DNA of 30,247 bases from Nostoc sp. DedSLP01 (lineage in GTDB: Bacteria; Cyanobacteriota; Cyanobacteriia; Cyanobacteriales; Nostocaceae): contig JAVRCJ020000061.1 of the NCBI GenBank assembly GCA_034530875.2, forward strand, positions 1-30,247, in the 5' to 3' direction. The position numbers were made by a program, and so were the translations under genes. Shown here one piece after another: positions 18,930-29,054 of this stretch (positions are counted from its first letter, which is position 1; each line of letters begins with the position of its first letter). The notes beneath the pieces were generated by a model that did not search any database, was not told the origin of the DNA, and saw only the letters and a program-made list of their open reading frames with translations.

Positions 18930-21491
18930 TTAAAGCCAGTTGCCAACCAAAACAAAGGCAGACCAAAAAAACGGATCGCTAAAATCAGTTTGGCGAATTA
19001 GGTTAATTTGTGCCTGTCGTAGCGCTTCAGCTTTAGTGATTTTAGGTTGGCGTAGTTGGTCATAGAAGCGAGTCATGAGCATTTCGGCCGCTTTGTCTTT
19101 GACTGGCCAGAGTGTGGCAATGGTAGAACGCGCACCAGATTTGACAGCCAAGCCTGCTAATCCCAAAACGGCGCGATCGTCACCAGTGGCAGTATCACAG
19201 GCACTCAGTACCAATAATTCGATCGCTTTTGATGAATTACCACTACGATTTTTCAGGAGTTCGGACAACTCTTTGACACTAACTTGTCCGTCCCAGGTAA
19301 GTAAAAATGTATCTTCGAGACGAGAGCTAAACTGTCCGTGGGTTGCTAAATGGACAACATTGGCTTTACTAGATTTGATGCGATCGGCAAGGGCAAGATT
19401 TGTGAATTTTTGGTTGAGTAACATCGAAGATGGCACTGTTTCGGAGATTTCTTTGACTTCTGATTCCACAGCTGGCAAGGCACTAAAACCATTGCGAGAT
19501 TGACTAATACCGCCAACAACTGCATCAATCTGGTTTTGCTGAAACGATCGCGCCGCCATCAGTTGCAATCCCGGTGAGAGCGCCACAGCATATTTTTCAA
19601 TCAGATATCGATTACCGTCATACAAGGCTGCTATTGGGATGTTCCGCAACCGACCATCCAAAACAAATACTAATGTCTGAGTGTCTTTAAAGGCTCCATC
19701 TGCTTCTGCCGGACGAATCAGCCAGTCATAAATTTGCTGGGACAATCGCTCCCGAACTTTTGAGTCTGAAACTGGGTTGAGAGCCACGAGGAAGTTATCT
19801 AGAGTTTGCTCAATTTCAGCTTGAGATTTTTGAGTGGCATAATAACGCAGGGGTTGTCCAGCCTTGGAGAGAATTACTCCTAAGCGATCGCTTAAGATAA
19901 TCGGATAAATCACTGTTGCCGTGGAGTCAACTTTGTCAATCTGCTGTGCTTTATCTAAACAAGCTTCGCGGAAAAAGTTATCAAGTTCGGCGATTTGCAG
20001 TGACTCAATCAATTCCCGCGCTTGCGTTAATGCAGCCTGGGTTGGTTGCTCGTCCAGAAGTAAACTTACCAGTTCCCGATAGACAGGCTCCACACTTTCG
20101 CGGAAAGAAAACTGTACATCGGGGTTGACACCAACCATATCTGCTCGTAGTGCCTTTAATGATTTAACTGCTTCGGTATAAGCTGTAATTGCTTGTTGGC
20201 GATCGCCTTGTTGTTTGTACAATTTTCCTACCTGCCATGCTGATTGAGCGATCAGATCGTCAGCTTGGAGTTGACGGGCTATATTGAGAGATTTTTCAGC
20301 TAGTTCCTGTGCCTGGGGCCACTGTTTTGTATGGTTGTAGAGTTGTGCCCATTGATAGAGTGCATAAGCTTGGGCAGTTCCATCCTGAATTTTTTCGGCA
20401 GACTTAACTGTATCTGCCATAAGTTCTGCCAAATCTTTGTTTGGTAAAACTCGCTCTGGATTTTCCAAGCGATTTAAGGTGGCGACAAAATTAATTGCTG
20501 CATTCAAGGAACTATGACTGGGTGCTAATTGTGACAACTGTTGTCGTAATTGGGGTGCTAGGGGAATGGCATATTCGAGTTTGTCGTAATCCACTAATAA
20601 TTTGAAATGGGCTAAACGCGCTTGTAAAGCTTCATTGGGGTTTGTAGCTGCTGTTTGGGCATCTTCAAAGTAATTTAATGCTGCTTCTGGGTGGTGAAAG
20701 TCAGCAGCAACTTTCCCTAAACTCGAAAGAATGGAACTTAACTCGGTTTTAGCGGCAATTTTGTTGGCTGTGGCTAGACTTTGTTCTAAAACTTCCTGGC
20801 TTTGAGGATCGCCGATGGCGTGCAAAGCTAAACCAAGCGATCGCAACCCACTAACTTTAACTTCCGAATCTGGCATTGCTGAAAGCTTTTGCGTCAGCGC
20901 TTCTAACTGTTGTTTGGAACGACGGTAAAATCCCAAACTTTGTAAGGCTTGTGCCTGGTTGATTTGACTGCCTAAGCTACCGATTGTATCGCCTGAGCGT
21001 TCGTAATATTTTTGAGCTTGTTGCCAAATTTCTATGGCGGTTTCAGCTTTATCTGTACGTAGTTTTAAATTGGCTTGAGTATTCAGTATTTGCGCCCAGA
21101 TAATCGCATCGGCAGAAGGTTTAGCCGTTTGCAAAATTTTTAGGCTTTGTTCGATAGATTGTCTAGCTGCTTCCCACTGGTTGAGTTCCTGTTGCGCTAA
21201 CGAGAGGTAACTCAAACTCAAGGCTTCGTTGGTGCGATCGCCTTGACTATGGTAATTTTGTACTGCCCTTTGCCAAGCCGTCGCGGCTTCACTAAAGTTG
21301 CCTGAACTGTACAGTTTCCGCCCCTGTTCTAGCCAATTAGTAGATTCGGAAGTAGATACTGACACATTCAACGCAGAATTAGTTGCTACGCTTACACTTG
21401 CTCTAGCTGGGGTAATTGTCACTGCTAAACACAAGCTCAAAATACTCAGACTGATATATAACCAGCGATGTCGTTTAATTTGCAAATTCAT
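18930..21491 (-). CDS. Exported TPR-CHAT (caspase/HetF-like) protease
   Basis: Signal peptide ending PARA-S; TPR-like helical repeats; catalytic VVHLATHG and LLVLSACDTA; ATLWPV.D, KAEALRQAQ, PFFWSAFVLVGNWL. Confidence 0.93.
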   Translation of the reverse strand: MNLQIKRHRWLYISLSILSLCLAVTITPARASVSVATNSALNVSVSTSESTNWLEQGRKLYSSGNFSEAATAWQRAVQNYHSQGDRTNEALSLSYLSLAQQELNQWEAARQSIEQSLKILQTAKPSADAIIWAQILNTQANLKLRTDKAETAIEIWQQAQKYYERSGDTIGSLGSQINQAQALQSLGFYRRSKQQLEALTQKLSAMPDSEVKVSGLRSLGLALHAIGDPQSQEVLEQSLATANKIAAKTELSSILSSLGKVAADFHHPEAALNYFEDAQTAATNPNEALQARLAHFKLLVDYDKLEYAIPLAPQLRQQLSQLAPSHSSLNAAINFVATLNRLENPERVLPNKDLAELMADTVKSAEKIQDGTAQAYALYQWAQLYNHTKQWPQAQELAEKSLNIARQLQADDLIAQSAWQVGKLYKQQGDRQQAITAYTEAVKSLKALRADMVGVNPDVQFSFRESVEPVYRELVSLLLDEQPTQAALTQARELIESLQIAELDNFFREACLDKAQQIDKVDSTATVIYPIILSDRLGVILSKAGQPLRYYATQKSQAEIEQTLDNFLVALNPVSDSKVRERLSQQIYDWLIRPAEADGAFKDTQTLVFVLDGRLRNIPIAALYDGNRYLIEKYAVALSPGLQLMAARSFQQNQIDAVVGGISQSRNGFSALPAVESEVKEISETVPSSMLLNQKFTNLALADRIKSSKANVVHLATHGQFSSRLEDTFLLTWDGQVSVKELSELLKNRSGNSSKAIELLVLSACDTATGDDRAVLGLAGLAVKSGARSTIATLWPVKDKAAEMLMTRFYDQLRQPKITKAEALRQAQINLIRQTDFSDPFFWSAFVLVGNWL

Positions 21492-21545
21492 AGGTAATTA
21501 CTCATAGTTTGGCAATTTACTCGATTTAAAGAGTTCTTGAGATAA

Positions 21546-24008
21546 CTATTTAGCTACAAGTGCAGCACAGGTTAAAGGCGATCGCACATTAGTGGGTGAT
21601 TGTGCTGCAACTAACTCAACTTTTCCCTGGGCGTTACGATGCCAAGAAGTAGCTTGGATAAGAGTTTGCGAAGATGAGGGTTTTTGAGCTTGTGTTTTGC
21701 GGAATGCCCAGACATCACGCACATCAAGCCAAGTGCGATCGCTCCTTACTTCCTGTGTAGGATTTTGCGGTACACCACCGCGTCCCGTAGCCACAAATTT
21801 ACTGCTGTCATCGCTGGCGCAACCTGTAGCAATTTGCTGCGATGGATCTGTGACATTTGCGGGTAGTTCAATTAAGCCAGAATTAGGATCGACGCCGATA
21901 TTATTGATTTGGACTGTGCCACTAACACCAAATTGGGAACTCGCAGTAATGTCATTTTCTGGGGTGAGTGCGGGACGAAATTGCAATCCGATGATGCCCT
22001 GAGTGGTGATTTGAATATTGCCACCCCTTCCTCGGACTGCGTTAGCAATAATGTCGCTGTTTTCTAATCCGACAAAAATCGGAGCATTGATATTAATATT
22101 ACCTCCATTACCATTACCGCCTGCGGTGGCTGCGATCGCGCTATTACCACGCAGCATTAACAACTTCCCTACTTGTAAGGCAAGATTACCGCCATTACCT
22201 GATTCTGTCTGTGCCTGGATGCTTGCTTGACGGTCTAAAAGGATGGTATTAGCTTTGATATTCAGAATGCCACCATTGCCGCTACCTTGGCTAGTAACAC
22301 TTACAGCACCACCATCTCTCAATATCAGGTTGGGCGTGGAGAGGTTCGCATTACCGGCATTAGCAGTTAGTAGATTTGGCAGGCCAAATATTCGCTGTAA
22401 TTGCGGGGGTAAGTGCAGAACAGATGAGTTAATACTGCTGTTATTACTCCGACTGCGGCCGCTAATCTCGATTGATTCCGTGGCATTAATGTTTAAATCG
22501 CCCCCATTACCTGTAAAGAATGTAGTTGCCGCAACTACTCCCCCATCAAGAACTTGTAACTTAGCAGTATCCAGCGTCAAAGTTTTGGCGTTTCCGGTAG
22601 CCAACGTGGTTGAGCTAATGTTGCTGTAGAGTCCGAAGGGATTTTCTCCCATCACAGTAGTACGATTGTTGCGAATTGTGACTTGACCGCTAGAACCACT
22701 GCCAAACGTAGCTGAGGACAATGAAGCTCCACTTGATAGTACTAAACTATTGCCATTGACGAAGATATCCCCTGCATTCCCTGAAGCATAGGTAACGGAG
22801 GTAAGATTGCTAACACCAGTAGGTTTGATTGGCGAAAAGCCAGATATGTCAATTGCTGCCGCCTCAATCTGGATGTTGCCACTCGCACCTCTTCCCAAGG
22901 TTACACTATTCAATCCTGCTCCCTTCTGGAGTGTCAGCCGAGGAGTAATAACGTTGATATTACCACTAGTTCCCATAGCTAAGGTTTCAGCGCGAATCCC
23001 ACTGGCAATTGCCTTATCATCTGTGCCAATCAGATCTATCGCTGCTGATGCTTGCAGGTGAATTTCTCCAGCAGCTAAATAACCGAAATTTTGTGACAGT
23101 AGCAGCGAACCATCAGTAAATTTAATATGTTGCCCTTGAACCTGTACAGAACCAGCATTGACTCCACTAACGTCCAATAGTGACTTTTGTGCTAGCTGGA
23201 TATCGCCAAAGCTTTGCCCATTTTCATATCCCAAGGTATAGCCCTGTAGTGTTGGTATCAAGCGGACTAGCCCTGCACCACTTACACTGCCTAATTCTAT
23301 TCGCCCTTGCTTGGCAGTTAGGGTTGCCCCATTCAGATCCAAATTTCCGCCCACCAAAGCAAGGGTTTGCCGTGGCTGTACCCGCAGTTCGCTAACGCTG
23401 GGAGCCACAACGATAGGAGGCTGTCCAGTCGGATTGCTCAAGGAGTGTCCTGTGCCTTGAACGCCGATCGATGCAGGATTAGTACCCATTTGCAAACCAA
23501 TGGGAACATTGATGCTCAATAGTGGCGTAGTTTGGGAATTAATCGCCCTAAACTCGATACCATCGCTAAATTTAATACTGTCAGCAGTTGTACCAATAAA
23601 CGAACCCCCGATGTTGAGTTGGGCGTTGGCTCCAAAGATAATGCCGCTAGGATTGATTAAAAAAAGACTAACGGGGTTGTTGCTGTTAATCGTCTGAATC
23701 AAACCATCAATGTTAGATAGATTACCACCTGTGACACGGCTGAAGATGGTAGAAATCTGAGGCGTGTTGACTAAATCAAAAGTAGCTGAACCTTTCGTGG
23801 GAATCGAGAACTGCTGGAAACTATGAAATAGATTGCTGTTAACAACACTACCATTGGTAATAGTAAAGTTATTGCCTGTTTGAGAAACTGTAGTATTGAG
23901 AGTGCCATCTGGCGTGACCTGGGCATTGGCAAAACCGCACCACAGAAATATCCCACCTGTCAAAACTCCATAAATTAAATTCCACCAAACAGAGGGCGCT
24001 TTCATCAC
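21546..24008 (-). CDS. TpsA-type filamentous haemagglutinin-family exoprotein (copy 1)
   Basis: Signal peptide ending ANA-Q; TPS domain NLFHSF, RVTGG, NPSGIIFG; G/N-rich beta-helix repeats. Start at GTG 24008 or ATG 24005. Confidence 0.92.
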   Translation of the reverse strand: MMKAPSVWWNLIYGVLTGGIFLWCGFANAQVTPDGTLNTTVSQTGNNFTITNGSVVNSNLFHSFQQFSIPTKGSATFDLVNTPQISTIFSRVTGGNLSNIDGLIQTINSNNPVSLFLINPSGIIFGANAQLNIGGSFIGTTADSIKFSDGIEFRAINSQTTPLLSINVPIGLQMGTNPASIGVQGTGHSLSNPTGQPPIVVAPSVSELRVQPRQTLALVGGNLDLNGATLTAKQGRIELGSVSGAGLVRLIPTLQGYTLGYENGQSFGDIQLAQKSLLDVSGVNAGSVQVQGQHIKFTDGSLLLSQNFGYLAAGEIHLQASAAIDLIGTDDKAIASGIRAETLAMGTSGNINVITPRLTLQKGAGLNSVTLGRGASGNIQIEAAAIDISGFSPIKPTGVSNLTSVTYASGNAGDIFVNGNSLVLSSGASLSSATFGSGSSGQVTIRNNRTTVMGENPFGLYSNISSTTLATGNAKTLTLDTAKLQVLDGGVVAATTFFTGNGGDLNINATESIEISGRSRSNNSSINSSVLHLPPQLQRIFGLPNLLTANAGNANLSTPNLILRDGGAVSVTSQGSGNGGILNIKANTILLDRQASIQAQTESGNGGNLALQVGKLLMLRGNSAIAATAGGNGNGGNININAPIFVGLENSDIIANAVRGRGGNIQITTQGIIGLQFRPALTPENDITASSQFGVSGTVQINNIGVDPNSGLIELPANVTDPSQQIATGCASDDSSKFVATGRGGVPQNPTQEVRSDRTWLDVRDVWAFRKTQAQKPSSSQTLIQATSWHRNAQGKVELVAAQSPTNVRSPLTCAALVAK

Positions 24009-24224
24009 TCAGTTTCCACTATCTATATTAATAGAATTCCCTAGAATGACATTAGTCTTAAACACTGCCAACAGTTTTACCAGTTATTTTGTTTGAGTAG
24101 AAAATACGGCTTAACGCAGACATCGTTGTGATATAAAGTTCGGACGATCGCTACATCTACAGCAAAAATCCTCAAAGCCTCTTGTCCCCCTGAAGCTTCC
24201 TACTCCCTTGCCCTATAAAGGGCT

Positions 24225-26687
24225 TCAGTTGGCAACCGCAGCACAAGTTAACTGCGACTGTACTTGTTTGAGAGATGGGGTTGCAACTAACTCAACTTTG
24301 CCTTCAGCATTCCGATGCCAAGAAGTAGCTTGGATGAGAACCTGTGCTAATGTGGGTGCTTGAGTAATTACATCACCCGTTTTTTTGTATCCAGAGATGT
24401 CCCGGATGTCAGACCAAGTGCGATCGCTAATCACCTGTTGATTCGGATTTTGCGGCGCACCGCCCCTTCCCGTAGCTATAAAACGACTACCTTGATTTGC
24501 CGAACAACCTGTAGCAATTTTTTGAGATGGATCGGTGATATTTGTTGGCAGTTCTACTAAACCCGAATTTGGATCGATACCGATGGTATTGACTTGAACT
24601 GTGCCACTTAAGCCAAATTGGGAACTGGCAGTAATATCATTTTCCGGCGTCAATTGGTCGCGGTACTCCAGTCCTAAGATGCTTTGAGTGGTGATTTGGA
24701 TATTGCCACCCCGTCCTTGCACAGCGTTGGCAATTATATCGCTGTTTTCCAGGCCCACAATCACGGGCGCATCGATCGCAATATTGCCACCATTGCCACT
24801 ACCACCTGCTTCAGCACTGACGAAACTACCATTGCGCATTAACAATATGTCTCGCAGTTGCAGATTGATGTTGCCTCCTTCTCCAGCTTTTGTCGATGCT
24901 GAAATGTTTGCCCTATTGTTGAGTTTAAGAGTATTGGCATTAATTTGCAGAGTGCCAGCTGTACCAGAGCCAAGGTTTTGCACAAAAACCATTGCACCAT
25001 CACTAATGTTAAAAATTGGGGTACTAATAGTGGTATTACCTGCATTCGCCCTGGAAATTTTACTAAACAGACCAACAGGACGAACAGCCGTACCAATATA
25101 GCTGGGATTTTCTGCATCTTTTACACCACTAACATGAATCGATTCAGAGGCATTGATAGTCAGGGAACCCGCATTTCCTAAAATTATGCTAGAAGCAGAC
25201 ACTCTACCACCACCTTCCACTGACAGCCTGCGGGTATCGATTTTCAGATTCCCTGCATTACCAGACCCGAATGTGGCAGTAGAAATGAGACTAAAATAAC
25301 TACCGCTTGGAGTTCCCGCATTTGTCACCTGAATTGTATCTGCATTGACAGTCAAATTGCCGCCTTTGCCAGAATTATAAGGTCTGGCTGCTATATTAGC
25401 TCCAGCCGAAACAGAAAGGTTTTGAGTGGAAATGAAAATATTTCCACCATTTCCACTGGCATAGGAAGCGGCTAATATTTGGCTTACCGAGCGAAATGGA
25501 GAAGGATCGCCAAATGCAAAACCGTTGACTCGCATTTCATTAGTATTTACTACAATATCGCCAGCCGACCCTGTGCTAAAAGTACGGTTAAAGATATATC
25601 CACCGCGATCGATATTCAATTTTGGAGTCGTAATAATCACATTTCCTGCCGCACCAGTAGATGTAGTTTCATTCACTAAACTGCTGGAACTCTTAAAATC
25701 AGGAGACTTACCGATGATATCCAAGAACTCTGTAGCATTAATTGTAATATCACCAGCAGTTTGGTTACTGCGATTTTGTACTAATATCAGGGAACCATCT
25801 CGAATGCTCACCTGTTTACCTTGAATTTGGATGGCTCCTCCACTTCCTCCACTGAGATCCCGTGTAGATGCTAAAGCTCGTTGGCTGATTGCAATATTGC
25901 CGAAACTCGATCCATTGGGATAAGTCAGCGTCAATCCTTGAGGGATGAAATTGAGAGCGACGTTGGTGTTAGTAATGCTACCGAGTTCTATTCGTCCTCC
26001 TGGTGCGGAGAGTAAGCCTCCATCCAAGGCAATATTTCCACCTACTAATGCCAGGGTTTTTTCAGGTTGCAGCTGTAATCCTCTTGTACCCAGGTTCAAT
26101 CCAGAAACCTGAAGCGAGTCGCCTAATTGGGCATTGTGTCCTGCTCCTTGAGAGGTAATTGGCCCTGGATTGCTACCAAATTGCAAGCCAACGGGGACGC
26201 TGATAGTCAATAAAGCAGTCGGTGATATGGCATTGGTTGCACTAAATTTCAATCCATCCGCAAATACTACGCTATTGGCAGTTGTCCCTACAAAGGAACC
26301 CCCAATACTCAATTGAGCATTAGACCCAAACAGAATACCCGCAGGATTAAGCAGGAACAAGTTAGCACTACCGTTGGCGCGGATTAGCCCATCAATATTG
26401 GATATGCTACCACCTGTGACGCGGGCGAAGATGTTTTGCACATCGATGGAATTGTCGAACAGGGCAGAACCACCCGTAGGTATAGAGAATTGACTGAAGC
26501 TATGGAATAGGTTATTGCCGCGCTGGTTACCGTTGCTGATGGTAAAGTTATCGCCATTTTGGGAGACTTTGGTGTTGAGGGTGCTGTCAGATGTCACCTG
26601 GGCGTTGGTAGCATTGCACCACAGGAGTATACCAGCCAAAGCTATTCCACTTCTCAATATGCTATTTACCAAGCTGATTGCTTTCAT
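24225..26687 (-). CDS. TpsA-type filamentous haemagglutinin-family exoprotein (copy 2)
   Basis: Signal peptide ending TNA-Q; NLFHSF, RVTGG, NPAGILFG; beta-helix repeats; C-terminus similar to copy 1. Confidence 0.92.
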   Translation of the reverse strand: MKAISLVNSILRSGIALAGILLWCNATNAQVTSDSTLNTKVSQNGDNFTISNGNQRGNNLFHSFSQFSIPTGGSALFDNSIDVQNIFARVTGGSISNIDGLIRANGSANLFLLNPAGILFGSNAQLSIGGSFVGTTANSVVFADGLKFSATNAISPTALLTISVPVGLQFGSNPGPITSQGAGHNAQLGDSLQVSGLNLGTRGLQLQPEKTLALVGGNIALDGGLLSAPGGRIELGSITNTNVALNFIPQGLTLTYPNGSSFGNIAISQRALASTRDLSGGSGGAIQIQGKQVSIRDGSLILVQNRSNQTAGDITINATEFLDIIGKSPDFKSSSSLVNETTSTGAAGNVIITTPKLNIDRGGYIFNRTFSTGSAGDIVVNTNEMRVNGFAFGDPSPFRSVSQILAASYASGNGGNIFISTQNLSVSAGANIAARPYNSGKGGNLTVNADTIQVTNAGTPSGSYFSLISTATFGSGNAGNLKIDTRRLSVEGGGRVSASSIILGNAGSLTINASESIHVSGVKDAENPSYIGTAVRPVGLFSKISRANAGNTTISTPIFNISDGAMVFVQNLGSGTAGTLQINANTLKLNNRANISASTKAGEGGNINLQLRDILLMRNGSFVSAEAGGSGNGGNIAIDAPVIVGLENSDIIANAVQGRGGNIQITTQSILGLEYRDQLTPENDITASSQFGLSGTVQVNTIGIDPNSGLVELPTNITDPSQKIATGCSANQGSRFIATGRGGAPQNPNQQVISDRTWSDIRDISGYKKTGDVITQAPTLAQVLIQATSWHRNAEGKVELVATPSLKQVQSQLTCAAVAN

Positions 26688-26798
26688 TGTTTAGTTTGCC
26701 CTTTATATCTAAAATTCCAAATTCCCTAAATTCATGACTCCGAATACCAGAGAAGAGTGAGTCGTATTCATAATCAGAGGAATTGTCCATCGCCTCTA

Positions 26799-28619
26799 TC
26801 ACAATGCTGAATACCGCACCGAGAAGTACAAACCATTTTCCTGGAGCGATCGCTTTTCATCGTCTACCGATATCAAGGGAATACCCCAATCGACTCTCGC
26901 AGATAATTTATCGCTTTGTTGCCACAACAGCCCTAACCCAGTACCTACCAACGTACTAGGTGATGGATTGTCGCCCTTGGTATTCCAGCCTGTACCCACA
27001 TCAATGAATGGTGTCAGTTGTAGTACTCCTCCTAGTTTGGAGGCACGTACAATGGGCAACCGGAATTCAGCTGAAAACAACATTCCATTATCTGTGAGTA
27101 ATGCATCCTGGCGATAGCCCCGCACGCTCAGCTGTCCGCCAAGGCCAAATTGTTCTAAAGGCACGAGGGAATCTGCTGCTAGTTGTAAATCACCTCTAGC
27201 TAAAAACAGAGTGTCTGGTGCGAACTGCCGCACCCATTGGGCTTGCCCCCGCCAAGCAAAAAAGCGACTATCAGGGGCATCTCGATTGACATTGGCATCA
27301 AACCAATCTACCCCGACGCTAAATTGCGATCGCGCTGCAAAAACTTGTTTGCTGTTGCGTTGCGTATACTCTTGAGTAAAACGCAACGCAGAGATTTTGG
27401 TTTTGCCGTTGGCATCTGCACCAGGCGATAAAGGAAAGCCGCCAATATTATCCAGACCTAACTCTGTTTGGCTTTCTTCGCGTGAGAATGATACCCCCAC
27501 AGCTAATTCCTGAGTTGGCTTTTGCACTAACGGTTGCCGATAACTGAATTCGTAAGATTTACTGTTTGACTGAATATCAAGAACGTTGAATGGTTTTTCA
27601 ATTACGCGGTTCCACCCTTGGTTAAAACCAAAGGAGACAGTGCCATTGCGAGCATTAATCGGCAATGTGTAATTGAGATTGATTGTATTACTGCCATCTG
27701 TATTGGCATATCCCACACTCAAGGTATCGCCAAAGCCCAGTAGATTGGCTTCTTGCACATCCACACCGCGACGAAAACTGCCAACACTAGGCGATCGCCC
27801 ATTATCTAAAGTTGTTGTCAGTGAGAAAGTATCGGCTTCTTGAACCTCGACTTGTAATATATTGCTTCCAGGACGTACACCCATCTGCAACTCAGCTGAT
27901 AGGTTTTGAATGTGCGGATCGAGGCGCAGCAGTTGCAGTTTTTCTATTAAACGAGGCACATTCAGAGGGGTTTTGGCACCGAGTCTGATGCGATCGCGAA
28001 TGTATTGACTGCGCAATCGACGATTGCCGACGATTTTAATTTCTTCCAAACTGCCTTCGACTACCTGAATTTTGATAACTCCAGCTTCTAGTGTCTGCGG
28101 TGTAATTAAAGCCCCAGTAGTTACATAGCCTTTATCTGTGTAGAGCTTGGCGATCGCATCTTTGACTTGTAACAACTCTGTAAATGATACTTCCCGCCCA
28201 ACAAAGCCGGCCGTAATCGCAGCAAAATCTTCTGGTTTGAAAACTGTACTGCCAACAACTTCAATGCGATCGACTTGGAATTTAGTATTAGGATCGTCCT
28301 CTCCTACAGCCGGCCGATCCGGTAATTGTGGGGAAGGAAGTAATTGATTCTGCTGTGATGACTGCGGTAGTACATCCCCAGATAAAGGAGTGGTAGGGAT
28401 ATCTTCTATCCGACCAGGTGGTAGCGTTTGCGGATTAGAAGTTTGGGCATAGGCGCAGTTCGTCGTAGATATGGCTTGATAACAGTTGCACAATACTGCC
28501 AGAACAATGCCCAATCTTAAAGGTCTAAGTGTTACTATGCGAGGTTTAAGTTGCTGTCTTTGCGTATAGTTAATTATAGATGCTGTATTCAGATTTAATA
28601 AGTATAAATGCTTACGCAT
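26799..28619 (-). CDS. ShlB/FhaC/HecB-family TpsB outer-membrane transporter
   Basis: POTRA motifs (IEVVGSTVF, LY.DKGYVTT, IQVVEG), SVRGY lid-lock motif, C-terminal beta-barrel. Start codon uncertain. Confidence 0.93.
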   Translation of the reverse strand: MRKHLYLLNLNTASIINYTQRQQLKPRIVTLRPLRLGIVLAVLCNCYQAISTTNCAYAQTSNPQTLPPGRIEDIPTTPLSGDVLPQSSQQNQLLPSPQLPDRPAVGEDDPNTKFQVDRIEVVGSTVFKPEDFAAITAGFVGREVSFTELLQVKDAIAKLYTDKGYVTTGALITPQTLEAGVIKIQVVEGSLEEIKIVGNRRLRSQYIRDRIRLGAKTPLNVPRLIEKLQLLRLDPHIQNLSAELQMGVRPGSNILQVEVQEADTFSLTTTLDNGRSPSVGSFRRGVDVQEANLLGFGDTLSVGYANTDGSNTINLNYTLPINARNGTVSFGFNQGWNRVIEKPFNVLDIQSNSKSYEFSYRQPLVQKPTQELAVGVSFSREESQTELGLDNIGGFPLSPGADANGKTKISALRFTQEYTQRNSKQVFAARSQFSVGVDWFDANVNRDAPDSRFFAWRGQAQWVRQFAPDTLFLARGDLQLAADSLVPLEQFGLGGQLSVRGYRQDALLTDNGMLFSAEFRLPIVRASKLGGVLQLTPFIDVGTGWNTKGDNPSPSTLVGTGLGLLWQQSDKLSARVDWGIPLISVDDEKRSLQENGLYFSVRYSAL

Positions 28620-29054
28620 AAATTCTTAGCCATTTTTCAATACGGTTTAATCGTTATATTTATTTACTCTTAAGAGTTCTTTGCCTCACTGGATAATTGA
28701 TTTTGCACGACTAGTTATCTAGTGGAATAAGAAATCCTATATGATTTTATATAAATATCTCTAAATTTTTTACAATTTGTATCAGTAAAAATACTGGTTT
28801 TATTGAAGAAGTACCTCAAGTTTTAGATTATTAAATACCTACTATTCATCAGAAAATCTTAGCTATGTAGAGAATTGCACGTATTTGACGATAGCTACTA
28901 TGTTACTTTTCAAGTTTGGATAGTTTATACATATAAAAACGGAGAAGACGAGCTTAGTCTGTTGATGCTGTACTAGGAAAAATGGCGCTCTTTCTGACTG
29001 AGGATTTGCGCTACCCTAAGTCTGGAAGCCAAGGATATATATAAAGATAAAGAT

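Noticed and set aside
18930..21491. CHAT as an anti-phage (CRISPR- or gasdermin-associated) caspase
   Set aside because: It has a signal peptide and no defence genes are nearby; the context is secretion and two-component signalling.
21684..25824. Numerous plus-strand ORFs opposite the TpsA genes
   Set aside because: Antisense shadows of Gly/Asn/Ser-rich coding sequence with no recognisable motifs.
21546..26687. TpsA proteins as CDI/polymorphic toxins
   Set aside because: Short proteins, conserved rather than variable C-termini, no VENN-type motif, and no small immunity genes downstream.
26799..26820. TpsB ends in -YSAL instead of a terminal aromatic residue
   Set aside because: The barrel appears complete; a single-residue deviation is not enough to infer loss of function.
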